Shown here in pieces: positions 43,239-52,896 of a stretch of 64,000 nt of DNA. Position numbers and translations under genes: made by a program. The stretch is from an uncultured Chloroflexia bacterium (lineage in GTDB: Bacteria > Chloroflexota > Anaerolineae > CG2-30-64-16), in the NCBI GenBank assembly GCA_963783655.1, contig CAWAOA010000011.1:490659-554658 (forward strand), given 5' to 3'. The first letter of the stretch is position 1, and every line of letters begins with the position of its first letter. Below the pieces are notes generated by a model that saw nothing but the letters and a program-made list of their open reading frames with translations, did not search any database and was not told the origin of the DNA.

Positions 43239-43883
43239 ATGCTGGGTATTGATCTGGAACAACTGATCCGAACTGTTGGCTATTTCGGCCTGATCGCGAT
43301 CATCTTTGCCGAATCGGGCCTCTTTTTTGGCTTCTTTTTGCCGGGCGACAGCCTGCTGTTGACGGCCGGTTTGCTCGCATCGCACGGAGAATTGGACCTG
43401 ACCGTCCTGCTGATCGCGCTGCCGGTGGCAGCCATCCTGGGCGACAACGTGGGCTACTGGTTTGGCAGGAAGACGGGGCCGCACATCTTCAACCGGGAAA
43501 ACTCGGTGCTGTTCCGCCGCAAGAACCTGCTGGCGGCGAAGGCGTTCTACGACAAGCACGGCGGCAAAACGATCGTGCTCGCCCGCTTCATGCCGTTCAT
43601 CCGCACCTTCGCCCCCATCGTCGCCGGCGCGGTGGATATGCACTACCGCAACTTCTTCTTCTACAACGTCGCCGGCGGCCTGCTGTGGGCGGTGGGCGTT
43701 ACGTTGGCGGGCTACCTGGTCGGCGAGACCATCCCCGACATCGACCGCTACTTCCTGCTGATCATCGCCGTGGTCGTCTTCGTCTCGGCTTTGCCGGCCA
43801 TGATCCACGTGTGGAGAGAGTACCGGAGCGAGATCATAACGTTCGTCCAGACGCGGCTGCTGCGCAAGGGCGCCGAGGACTAG
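43239..43883 (+). CDS. DedA-family membrane protein
   Basis: VGYFGLIAIIFAESGLFFGFFLPGDSLLLTAGLLA ... GKTIVLARFMPFIRTFAPIVAG, the canonical DedA motifs. Confidence 0.85.
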   Translation: MLGIDLEQLIRTVGYFGLIAIIFAESGLFFGFFLPGDSLLLTAGLLASHGELDLTVLLIALPVAAILGDNVGYWFGRKTGPHIFNRENSVLFRRKNLLAAKAFYDKHGGKTIVLARFMPFIRTFAPIVAGAVDMHYRNFFFYNVAGGLLWAVGVTLAGYLVGETIPDIDRYFLLIIAVVVFVSALPAMIHVWREYRSEIITFVQTRLLRKGAED

Positions 43884-43897
43884 CACTTCCGGACGCG

Positions 43898-44683
43898 TTA
43901 CCGCTTCCGGGCGACGACCACAAGATCCCCCGAACCGCCGGCGTCGAACTCAGGCGCCGGCGACGTCATCGCACCGTAGCTCTCCACGCCGTCGAATCCG
44001 GCCTCGCCCAACGCGCCGGCCAGCTCGGCCTGAAACAGGGGACGCTGCAGCGTGGTATGTACCTCGTGCGACCATCCCTTATCGCCCTTGTGGAACAGCG
44101 CGATGTGGAAGGCGATCTGCCGGGCCTCGTCGAGGTAATCGGCAAAGCGCCACACCAGGACCTCTTGCCCGTTCCACTCGCCGCCCTGCGCCTGGAAGAA
44201 GCGCGGCCTGCGCTGCCATCGCAGGTCGTAGTTGAGCGATTGGGTGACCAACACCCCGCCCGGTCGCAGCACCGCAGCGATGCCCTTGAGCCCTGCCAGC
44301 AAATCCTCATCGCGGAGCAGGTGCGGCAGCGAATTGCCCAGGCACAACACCACGTCAAACGGCCCCTGGGCCTTTTCGGGCAGCTCGTCCAGCCCGGCGC
44401 GCACGAAGTGCACCTCCAGCCGCTCCGCGGCAGCTTTCGCCTGCGCCAGCCCGACCATCACGGGGCTGATGTCTGCTCCCGAGACGCTCCATCCCTCCCG
44501 CGCCAGCGCCAGGGCATGGCCGCCGCTCCCGCAGGCCGCGTCGAGCAGGTCGCGCGCACCGCTCTGGCGCAAGATCTCGCGCAGGAAGGGCATTTCGCCG
44601 GCCAGGCGATCCTCCCAGTCGGTCATGACGTCGAAGAGGGGCGCCAGGGCGTCGTAGAAATCGCCCGCAAGCTCCGTATTCAT
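43898..44683 (-). CDS. Class I SAM-dependent methyltransferase
   Basis: Motif I LLDAACGSGGHALALAREG, then VSGADISPVM and VLCLGNSLPHL. Confidence 0.7.
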   Translation of the reverse strand: MNTELAGDFYDALAPLFDVMTDWEDRLAGEMPFLREILRQSGARDLLDAACGSGGHALALAREGWSVSGADISPVMVGLAQAKAAAERLEVHFVRAGLDELPEKAQGPFDVVLCLGNSLPHLLRDEDLLAGLKGIAAVLRPGGVLVTQSLNYDLRWQRRPRFFQAQGGEWNGQEVLVWRFADYLDEARQIAFHIALFHKGDKGWSHEVHTTLQRPLFQAELAGALGEAGFDGVESYGAMTSPAPEFDAGGSGDLVVVARKR

Positions 44684-44692
44684 CTCGCCTCG

Positions 44693-45346
44693 CTACTCGT
44701 TGGTGACGGCGATCTTCGCCAGGCCTGCCACATTGAGCACGTCGTCCGTATAGGGCAGCACGCGCAGTGTCAGCTCGAGGTAGACCCTCTCCCGCAACTG
44801 CCCGCGCCACGTGATCGAGTCGCCGAGCTTGCGGAAGGCGTAGCCGCTGACCCCGCCAATCCGGGCGCCGCCCGATCCCGTCCCCTCATAGCTGATCGTC
44901 GTTCCCGGGATCATCTGCCCGCGGCCGACGCGATGGGTGACTCCCACCGTGTAGGTCCATGCCGGTTTATCGGGGAACTGGGCAGTGGCCGGGGCGGGGG
45001 ATGCGATGGCAAGGCGCACAACCCCGGCCGCGATCATACGCTGTGCGTCCGCAGTCACCAGCCTTTGGTTGATGTTGGCGTTGATGCCCGGCACCGGAGC
45101 GCCGCTCCAGTCGAGCGAGTCGCCGGTCCGTTTCCATGCAAGCTGTCCGCCGACGTCGATGGCGGCTCCGTCGGGGCCCGTGCCGGCATAGCGCATGTTG
45201 GTGCCGGGGAGCAGATCCCCTCGTCTCACGGTTTGGATCGATGGACCGGCATAATCGAGGGTTGCCGGTGGGGTTGCCGGCGCAGCGCAGCCGGTGAGCA
45301 GAAGACCGATCAGGAGCAACGGGACCATCTTACGAATTCTGCACAT
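44693..45346 (-). CDS. Hypothetical lipoprotein with internal duplication
   Basis: Signal plus lipobox LLIGLLLTGCAAP. Two similar halves (GDLLPGTNMRYAGTGPDGAAI... / GQMIPGTTISYEGTGSGGARI...). Confidence 0.5.
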   Translation of the reverse strand: MCRIRKMVPLLLIGLLLTGCAAPATPPATLDYAGPSIQTVRRGDLLPGTNMRYAGTGPDGAAIDVGGQLAWKRTGDSLDWSGAPVPGINANINQRLVTADAQRMIAAGVVRLAIASPAPATAQFPDKPAWTYTVGVTHRVGRGQMIPGTTISYEGTGSGGARIGGVSGYAFRKLGDSITWRGQLRERVYLELTLRVLPYTDDVLNVAGLAKIAVTNE

Positions 45347-46575
45347 TCTCTGCCTCCCCCGTGCTGGGCATGATTGAATTCGGCGCCAACTGGGGACGGC
45401 GCGCCAGCCGCCGTCCCATCACGGGCAGCAACGTTACTGCCAGCATCCATATCGCGCCCATCAGAACGGTCGCGATCAACCCGATTCCACTTGCCACCAT
45501 GCGCTGACGGGCGTCACCGGCCAATAGCGCCGTCAGCGCCATGCTTCCCGCGGCCAGGTTCCAGAGGCCGTGGATCACCAGCGACGCCAACCACAATCCG
45601 AACCCTCTTCCCCACCGCTTCTCAGTCAGGAGAGCCTGCCAACCGAGACCTGCCAGCCCGGATGCGATAACGTGCACGGCGGCGGTCCCACCGCGTGCCA
45701 CCATCACCGAGCCCCAACTGCTGCCCGCGCCGGCCAGCGCCAGCGAGCCGTTCATGATCCCTTCGAACATGGTGAAGCCTGCGCCGGCGGCTGCGCCCAG
45801 CAGGAATCCGTCGAGCCGGCTCAGGCGGCGGCCCGTCGCCGCTGCCAGCGGGACGGCGAGCGACTTTGCGATCTCTTCGATCAGCGGCGCGCCCACCGAC
45901 ATCGCCGCCAAAACGATCAGCACCAGGCCCGGAGACTGCAACAGGTCAGTCAGCGGCCCCAGGTCAACCCGCCCGGGATTGCCTGCCTGGCCCTGCGCCC
46001 ACGTCTGGATTTCGGCAACCAGCTCGAGGCTGCGAGACGTTCAGCCAGACCATACCGGCGAACAAGACCACCAGAAGCCCCAGCGCCTCCAGGATGATTG
46101 CGAGCAGCGAGCTCCCCAGGCCGCCCCACGCCAGGCTGCCCGTCGCCATCCGCCCGGAGACCGTCTCGCCGCCCCGCCGTCCTGCTTCCGCCACCAGCGA
46201 AAGGAACAGCAGCGCCGGCAAGGCGCCGGCCAGAACGTGCAGGAACGGGATAGCGACCGTGGCTCCAACGTTATAGAGACTCTGGCCGGTCACCACCACG
46301 ACCACCGTCAGTGCAAGGAGCCAGCCCCAACCGGGCAGGCGAAACGGGCCGCCAGGGGCTCCCCGCAGGGCCCGCCAGGCGTGAAGCGCCAGCGGCAGCC
46401 CGAGTACCAGCCCCAGGGCCACGATCGCCAACGCGATCGTCGTCCCTTGCAGGCCCGACCTACCGGCGCCGCCCGCACGGGCGCCAAACAGAAGCAAGAG
46501 CACGCCGATTCCCGGTCCTACTACGGCGGCCAGGAGACCCCACAGCAACGCAACCACCAGGACCGTCTTTCTCAT
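45330..46575 (-). CDS. PrsW-family intramembrane metalloprotease (one frame change near ~45950)
   Basis: C-terminal half has EEIAKSL, GAGFTMFEG and HVIASGLAGLG/HGLWN motifs (ORF 45330..45941). The N-terminal TM half is in ORF 45964..46662, starting at MRKTVLVV. Confidence 0.65.
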
Positions 46576-46586
46576 CTCTCCTGCTC

Positions 46587-48921
46587 CTACCGCCGTCCGA
46601 GTAACCGCTTCAAGATAAATACTGCCGCCAGCTTGTCCAGGGGGTGGTTGAAATTGCCGCACTTAGGGCTTTGCACGCAGCTTGGGCAGCCACCCGTACA
46701 CGGGCAGTTGTCTACGGCGTCCAACGTGGCCGACCACAACTGGGGCAGCAGCTCGAACCCCTTCTCGGCGATCCCCACCCCGCCGGGAAACCCGTCGTAG
46801 ATGAAGATCTGCGCCGCATCCGTGTCGGGATGGCGGGGTGTGCTGAGGCCGCCGATATCCCAACGGTCACACATGGCAAACAGCGGCAGGATGCCGATCA
46901 CGGCATGTTCGGCTGCGTGGATCCCGCCCAGGAAGTCGAGCCCCTGGTCCGGCAAGCTGGCCCGGCAAATCGTCGGGTAGATCCCACCACATCCCCATGG
47001 TGTCGTAATCGTTCGCAGGCATCTCCAGCTCTACGTCACCGAGAACGGCTTCGGTGAACTGCTGGAGGCGGCGATAACCTGTTACCTGGCTGCGCACCCG
47101 TATCATGCCGTAGTAGGCCGGCGCCGCCGGGAAGGTGGCGTGGCGCACGGACCGGACGATGCGCACGTCGTTCCACTCGCGCGGCTGGGTGTAAAAGTCT
47201 CCTTTGGAGCGCTGCACCACCGCGTAGCGCATCGCCTCATTATACTCTGTGACCTCGTATGACTCCCCCTGGTGCAGGTAGACGGCCCCGGGGTGCACGC
47301 GGAACGGCGCCTGGCTGGCGCTCAGCTCCTCCAGCGTCTGGTTGTCGCGATCTCCGTCCAGCACGGCGAAGCGTTCCCCCCGGGCATCACGCAGATTGGT
47401 GTTCTGCGCCGGGTAGTCGCCGCGCGTGTAGGTCCAGCGACGCCCGTCATAGCGGACCAGGCCCTGGTTCTCGAGCGTCACCATGGCCGGTACGAAACCG
47501 GGCCCAAAGAGCGTCTCGTCGTCTCCGAGCGCACCCACCGGTTTCGGCTCCCCCTCGCCGGGGACCTGCAGTGGGGCTTCGTGCGCCGCGCACGCCAGGT
47601 GCCGCTGCAGTACGTAGACGTTGTCCGGGTCGATCAGGGCGTGCTCGTGCGGGCGGTCGAACAACTCATCCGGATGGCGCATGTAATACTGGTCCAGCGG
47701 GTTGTTCAGCCCGATCAGCATCGCCAGCGAAGGATCGCGGTCGCGGCCGGCGCGCCCTGCCTGCTGCCACATGCTGGCGATGGTCCCGGGGTAGCCCACG
47801 AGCACCGCCGCGTCCAGCTCGCCGACGTCGATGCCGAGCTCGAGCGCGGTGGTGGCGGTGACCCCGCGCAGCCGGCCCTCGAACAGCTCTCGCTCGATCC
47901 GGCGGCGCTCCTCGGCCAGGTAACCGGCCCGGTACGCCGCGATCTGCTTCACCAGCTCGGGGTTCGTCTTGCGTAACTCATTCCGGGCGTAGCGCAGCAG
48001 CAGCTCGGCCACGACCCGCGTGCGGGCGAAGCTGATGGTCCTCACCCCGGATTCCACCAGCGTCGTGAAGAGAACCGTCGCCTCGCGGTTGGCGCTGCGG
48101 CGAGCCGTGCGCGTCTCATCGAGAAACGGCGGGTTCCACAGCGCGAACGTGCGCGGACCGTGCGGCGATCCGTCGTCGGTGACCACGGTCGCCGGGAGCC
48201 CGGTGAGCAGCTCGATGTGCTCGCCGGGATTGGCAATGGTAGCGGACGCCGCGATGAACTGCGGCCCGCCGCCCTGCTGGTGCAGGGCGCAGATGCGCCG
48301 CAGCCGGCGGATCACGCACGCCACCTGCGAGCCGAAGACACCCCGGTAGCTGTGCGCCTCGTCGATCACCACGTAGCGCAGGTGCCGGAAGAACTCCGCC
48401 CACAACGGGTGGTTGGGCAGGATGCCGACGTGCAGCATGTCCGGGTTCGTGATCAACACACGCGTGCGCCGGCGGATGCGCGCCCGCGCCGCTTGCGGCG
48501 TGTCGCCGTCGTAGGTGGCCGCCGCGGCATTCGCCACCGGCTTCGCCAGCGCCTGCCACTTGCCCAACTGGTCCTGGGAGAGCGCCTTGGTCGGGTAGAG
48601 GTACATGGCACGGGCGAGCGGATCGCGCGCCAGCGCGTCGAGCACCGGCACGTGAAAGCAGAGTGTCTTCCCGCTGGCGGTCGACGTGGCGATCACCACG
48701 TTCTGCCCGGCGAGCGCGGCGTTGATCGCCTCCGCCTGGTGCAGGTACAGCCGTTCCACCCCGGCCGCGCGCAGCGCCGCTTCGGCAGGCGGCGCCAGCC
48801 GCGTCCGCAGCGAGCCATACCGCGCCGCCCGCGCCGGCATGCGCTTCTGGTGCACCAGTTGCCCCGCATACCCGCGCTGCCTGGTCAGCTCACGAAGGAA
48901 GGCATCGGGATTGAAACCCAT
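46587..48921 (-). CDS. DEAD/DEAH-box helicase with C-terminal DUF1998 zinc domain (YprA/MrfA type); one frame change near ~46960
   Basis: Motif I ATSTASGKTLCF, motif II VVIDEAHSY, helicase C region. DUF1998-like tail ...HAAEHAVIGILPLFAMCDRWDIGG...CPCTGGCPSCVQSPKCGNFN in ORF 46587..46955. Confidence 0.8.
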
Positions 48922-48968
48922 AGCACTATTTTACCATTGAACGGTAGTTCTAGGTTCGGGTTTGTGTC

Positions 48969-49039
48969 GGAGTTCTGAGTTCTAAGTTCTGAGTTCTGAG
49001 TTCGGAGTTCTGGAGTTCGCTGAGTTCTACGTTCTAAGT
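48969..49039. repeat. Tandem heptamer array (GAGTTCT)n, ~10 units
   Basis: ggagttct gagttct aagttct gagttct gagttcg gagttct ggagttcgct gagttct acgttct aagt, starting 48 nt upstream of the helicase start. Confidence 0.85.
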
Positions 49040-49211
49040 ACCGGGTTCGATATTTGATACCGTAGCTGCAAAGCAGGCGGCGGCGTAGGTAGCAGGACGC
49101 GGCAGGATTGGCTTCCGCCAGCTTTGCTGTCGCTTGACCAACAGCGCGCCGGGAAGCCGCGCGCCTGCGCTGCCCGGGTCGCGGCGCGGATGGGTTGCCC
49201 TTCCCCGCGCA

Positions 49212-49739
49212 CCGGAGGCCAGCCCCTTGTGGGCGTGTTGGTCGCGGCGCGGGTGCTCAACCCGGGGCGCGGCGTGCGCTCCTGATCCACATCTCCTTCC
49301 GGTATCGTAGGGGGCGGGTCACCCGCCCCGTGCCCCAATGCCACCCAATCCTCGGGCCGCGGCGCGCTGGTACCCGGGGCCGCGGCGCGGGTGCGGGAAC
49401 CGGAATGCAGCGCGGTCGCCTTCGATGCGAATTGGAGTGGCCAACGGGCGTACTTCGTCACGGCCTCAGTATCGGAGCAGGAAGTTGTGAGGTTGCCACC
49501 AGTGCGAGCGGTGTCTGTTACGGGGATACCGATACTCTGTGGCACCCAGAGTGTCGGTGATTCCTGCAACCGCCCCATTTAAGGGTGGCAAACCTCTACC
49601 GTCTCCATCACTGAGCCTGCTCGAAGTACGCAACCATCCAGTTCGAGAGCCGACCCGACACTCTCATGCAACGCGCGCCGCATCCCCGACCAACCCAACC
49701 GCGCCGCGACCAACACGCCCACAAGGGGCTGGCCTCCGG
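49212..49739. repeat. ~530-bp element bounded by a perfect 41-bp inverted repeat (family 2-related), with a family 1 copy nested inside
   Basis: ccggaggccagccccttgtgggcgtgttggtcgcggcgcgg (49212-49252) is the exact reverse complement of 49699-49739. The same motif occurs in 7418-7520. Confidence 0.85.
49421..49650. repeat. Palindromic repeat family 1, copy E (most diverged)
   Basis: ttcgatgcgaattggagtggccaacgggcgtacttcgtcacggcctcagtatcggag ... ctccatcactgagcctgctcgaagtacgc. The left flank cagcgcggtcgcc is shared with copy C. Confidence 0.7.
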
Positions 49740-49965
49740 GTCGTTGTGAGAGGGGGGCTCCCTCCAGGTTGAGCCCCTCCGGTTGACCCCTCCGGGTGAC
49801 GCATAACGTAAGACCCCTGCGGGTGACCCATCCGGTGACGGTGACGTATGACGTATGACGGCTGCCCCCCATTTCCCCGCAGCAACCCGGCCCCAGATCA
49901 TCGACTTTGCGTATATAATGTCCCCGTACCATTCGCTCCATCACGGGGCGAGAACAGGAGATGGG

Positions 49966-51340
49966 ATGACACGCGTCACGGAGATCGTGGAGCGGCGACG
50001 AGAGGAATTCCTGGCGGAACTGTCCGAGCTGCTTCGCTACGCAAGCGTCAAAAACAATGAGATGGAGCTCGGCGCGGCTGCGGGTTGGATCGCCAACCGC
50101 ATGCAGCGCGCCGGAGCGCACGTGCGCATGCTGAATACCGGCGGTCCGGCTGTGGTGTTTGGGGAGGTGGGCAGCGGTCCGCGCGCCCTGCTCTCCTATG
50201 CCCACTACGACGTCCAGCCGGCCGACCCGCTGGATCTGTGGGATACCCCGCCCTTCGAGCCTACCGTCCGCGACGGGAAGTTGTACGGGCGCGGCTCCTC
50301 GGACGACAAGGGGGACGCGGTCGCCCGCATCCAGGCGGTCGAGGTGTATCGCGAGGCGTACGGCGAGCTGCCGTTACGCGTGAAGTTCTTCGTGGAAGGG
50401 GAAGAAGAGGTAGGCAGCCCGCATCTGGCCCCCGTGGCTGCCCAGTATGCCGACCTGCTGCGCTCCGACGGCGTGCTGTGGGAGTCGGGCGGCTTCGACG
50501 AGATGGACCGCTACACCTTCTACTGCGGCGTCAAAGGGATCGCCTACCTGGAATTGCGGCTCAAGGGCGCCAACACCGATCTGCACTCCAGCCTCGCGCC
50601 CATCGTTCCCAATCCGGCATGGCGCCTCGTGCAGGCGCTCGCGACGCTGCGCGATCCCGCGCGGCCGCATCACGCTGGACGGCTTCATGGAGCGGGTCCG
50701 CCCGCCGAGTGAAGCGGACCTGCATTTCATCCGCCGCATCCCCTTTGCCGGCGCCCAGATGAAGGCCAATTGGGGCATCCCCGCTTTCGAAAACGACCTG
50801 CCCGACGATGAGGCGATCGTCGCCTATCTGACACAGCCTACCTGTACGATCTGTGGCATCCGCAGCGGCTTCATCGAGGAGGGGGAGAAGACGATTCTGC
50901 CCAGCAGCGCCATGGTGAAGCTCGACTTCCGGCTGGTGCCGGACCTCACGCCGGAGCTGACGCAGATGCTGCTGCGCGAGCATCTGGACCGGCGCGGCTT
51001 CACCGACGTCGAGATAGTGCCTGCCGCGGGGATGCCCGCCGCGCGTTCGAACGTCAGCTCGCCGCTCGTCCAGAGCGCCATCGCGGCGGCCGAAGAGGTC
51101 TACGGCCACGAACCGGTCGTCTACCCGTCGCACGGTGGTTCCGGCCCCATGTATCCCCTCGTGCAGGGCCTGGGGATGGATGGGTTCATGGCGGGGGTGG
51201 GCTATGCGGGCAGCCGCCTGCATGCGCCGAACGAGAACATCCGGGTGGACGACTACTTCCGGCACATCGAGTTCCTGGTGGAGTTCATGCGCCGCTTCGC
51301 TGCAAACGAAAGCGGAGATACATTCCCCCATAATGGGTGA
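49966..51340 (+). CDS. M20-family metallopeptidase/dipeptidase (one frame change near ~50650)
   Basis: SYAHYDVQPADPLDLWDTPPFEPTVRDGKLYGRGSSDDKG and FFVEGEEEVGS are in ORF 49855... The C-terminal half is in ORF 50447..51340. ATG 49966 is preceded by AGGAG. Confidence 0.8.
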
Positions 51341-51431
51341 GTGTAGGTTACAATGGAGCTACAGGGTGAATACCCGCTGCGCATGGGCGCGCCTAGCCGC
51401 CGGCTGCGCCCGGCTGACCGAGGAGCGATAG

Positions 51432-51950
51432 ATGAAAGGCAACGGCATGGATGAAGAGCTCAACACCAACGACGTGCAAGGGTTCGACGAGGGCGATGAA
51501 CTCCTCGACGATCAGCTATACACGGTGCTCGACGACGAGGCGCGCGAGGATCTCGAGCAGCTCGTCGATCTGAAGATCGTGGGCCTTGACGTCTGGGAGG
51601 ACTCGTTGAGCGATGCCGAGGACGAGGAGCCGGTCAAGCCGGAGGAACGCCTCTTCTTCGACTGCGACCTGCTTTTCGAAGACGGGCTGGCGCTCGAACT
51701 CTACGCCGCCGCCGTTTACCCCGATCCTGAGGGGGAGCCGATCAAGGGGATGGACGAGATCACCCGCATCGTCGGCCAGCTGGCAGACGGCAATCTACAA
51801 TTGCTGGACTTCGACCAGGCGGATGAGGAAAGCGGTCTGGCGCTCGCATTCGGCAGCTCGCAGGACAAGACGGATCTGGTGATCGCCGCCGGTGCGTGGC
51901 TGGTGAGCGAGTGGGAAGAGGAAACCGAGGCGCCCGGCGAGGAACAGTAG
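51432..51950 (+). CDS. Highly acidic hypothetical protein
   Basis: 172-aa intact ORF, very Asp/Glu rich. No recognisable family. Confidence 0.4.
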   Translation: MKGNGMDEELNTNDVQGFDEGDELLDDQLYTVLDDEAREDLEQLVDLKIVGLDVWEDSLSDAEDEEPVKPEERLFFDCDLLFEDGLALELYAAAVYPDPEGEPIKGMDEITRIVGQLADGNLQLLDFDQADEESGLALAFGSSQDKTDLVIAAGAWLVSEWEEETEAPGEEQ

Positions 51951-51962
51951 CCGGGTGAGCCG

Positions 51963-52370
51963 GTGACCGCCTGGCAGATAGCCGACGGTGCGGATCTGGA
52001 AACGCTGGAGCGGATAGCCGCTCTGGTGGCCGAGGTCGAGGGGGCGTCCGAGGGTGAGGGCGTGTTGTACCACGCAGCGCATCCTCGCTACCGTCCGCTT
52101 CTCACCCGGTTCATCGACGTCGAAGGCGAGCTCGCAGCGGCTATCCTGCTCGAGCACCAGCGCCGCCTGGTTCAGGGCCGGCCGCTGGATACCGGATACA
52201 TAGCGAACATCCTTACGCGCCCGCGTTATCGCGGGCGCGGTCTGTTTAAGGCGTTGATGCTCGACGCGCTCGCCACGCTGCGCGCCGAGGGCGTGCCGCT
52301 GGCGCTGCTCCACGGGCCGCGCAGCCTGTTCGACATGGTCGAGCGGCCCGAGTGGGCCCATTTCCTCTCG
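51963..52370 (+). pseudogene. GNAT (Eis-like) acetyltransferase, N-terminal fragment only
   Basis: Acetyl-CoA loop ILTRPRYRGRGLFKALMLDAL is present. Sensible sequence ends around LLHGPRSLFDMV (~52340), and the rest of the ORF is out-of-frame read-through of the next gene. Confidence 0.5.
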
Positions 52371-52371
52371 C

Positions 52372-52893
52372 CGCAAGTTCACCGATTTCTACAAGGAGGA
52401 CTACACCCGGGCGGCCGAGGCCACCGGCGGGCGGATCGATCTGTACCTGCTGATCAGCGACCTGGGCAGCCAGACCGGGCCGCTGATCTCGCTGCCGATG
52501 TTCCGCGAGTTCGTCGCCCCGTACATCAAGGAGATGGCCGACTGCATCCACGGCTTGGGGGCGAAGGTGCTCTACCATAGTTGCGGCGTCGATCCGGCCG
52601 TTCATCCCCGAGTTGATCGAGCTGGGCGTCGACGTGCTCGACCCGATCCAGCCGGTCGGGCCGGAGATGTCGCCCGAGCGGCTGAAGGCCGATTTCGGCG
52701 ACCGGCTGTGCTTCCACGGCGGGATCGACATGCAGCACCTGCTGCCGCACGGCACGCCGGAGGAGGTCGCGGGCCGAGGTCCGCCGCTACTGCGAGACCC
52801 TGGGCCGCGACGGCGGCTACATCCTCGGGCCGGCCCACCTGTTCCAGCCCGACGTCCCGCCGGAGAATATCCTGGCCGTGTATGGGCGGCTAA
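52372..52893 (+). pseudogene. Uroporphyrinogen-decarboxylase (URO-D)-like family protein, C-terminal half only, frameshifted
   Basis: ...FTDFYKEDYTRAAEATGGRIDLYLLISDLGSQTGPLISLPMFREFVAPYIKEMADCIHGLGAKVLYHSCG / IPELIELGVDVLDPIQPVGPEM...CFHGGIDMQHLLPHGTPEEV / [30 protein letters not shown], in three frames. The N-terminal ~half is missing. Confidence 0.55.
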
Positions 52894-52896
52894 GCC

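Noticed and set aside
46587-48921. The DUF1998 helicase as part of a DISARM/Dpd-like phage-defence system.
   Set aside because: The helicase and DUF1998 are fused in one YprA/MrfA-type protein. No methyltransferase, PLD or other partner gene is adjacent; the neighbours are PrsW and a repeat-rich spacer. This fits the housekeeping repair-helicase architecture.
49745-49860. Degenerate tandem copies of cccctccgg(g/t)tgac and gacgtat upstream of the M20 peptidase gene, as a regulatory array.
   Set aside because: The units are short, variable in length and poorly conserved. I could not define a consistent period, so I left this as an unclassified low-complexity region.
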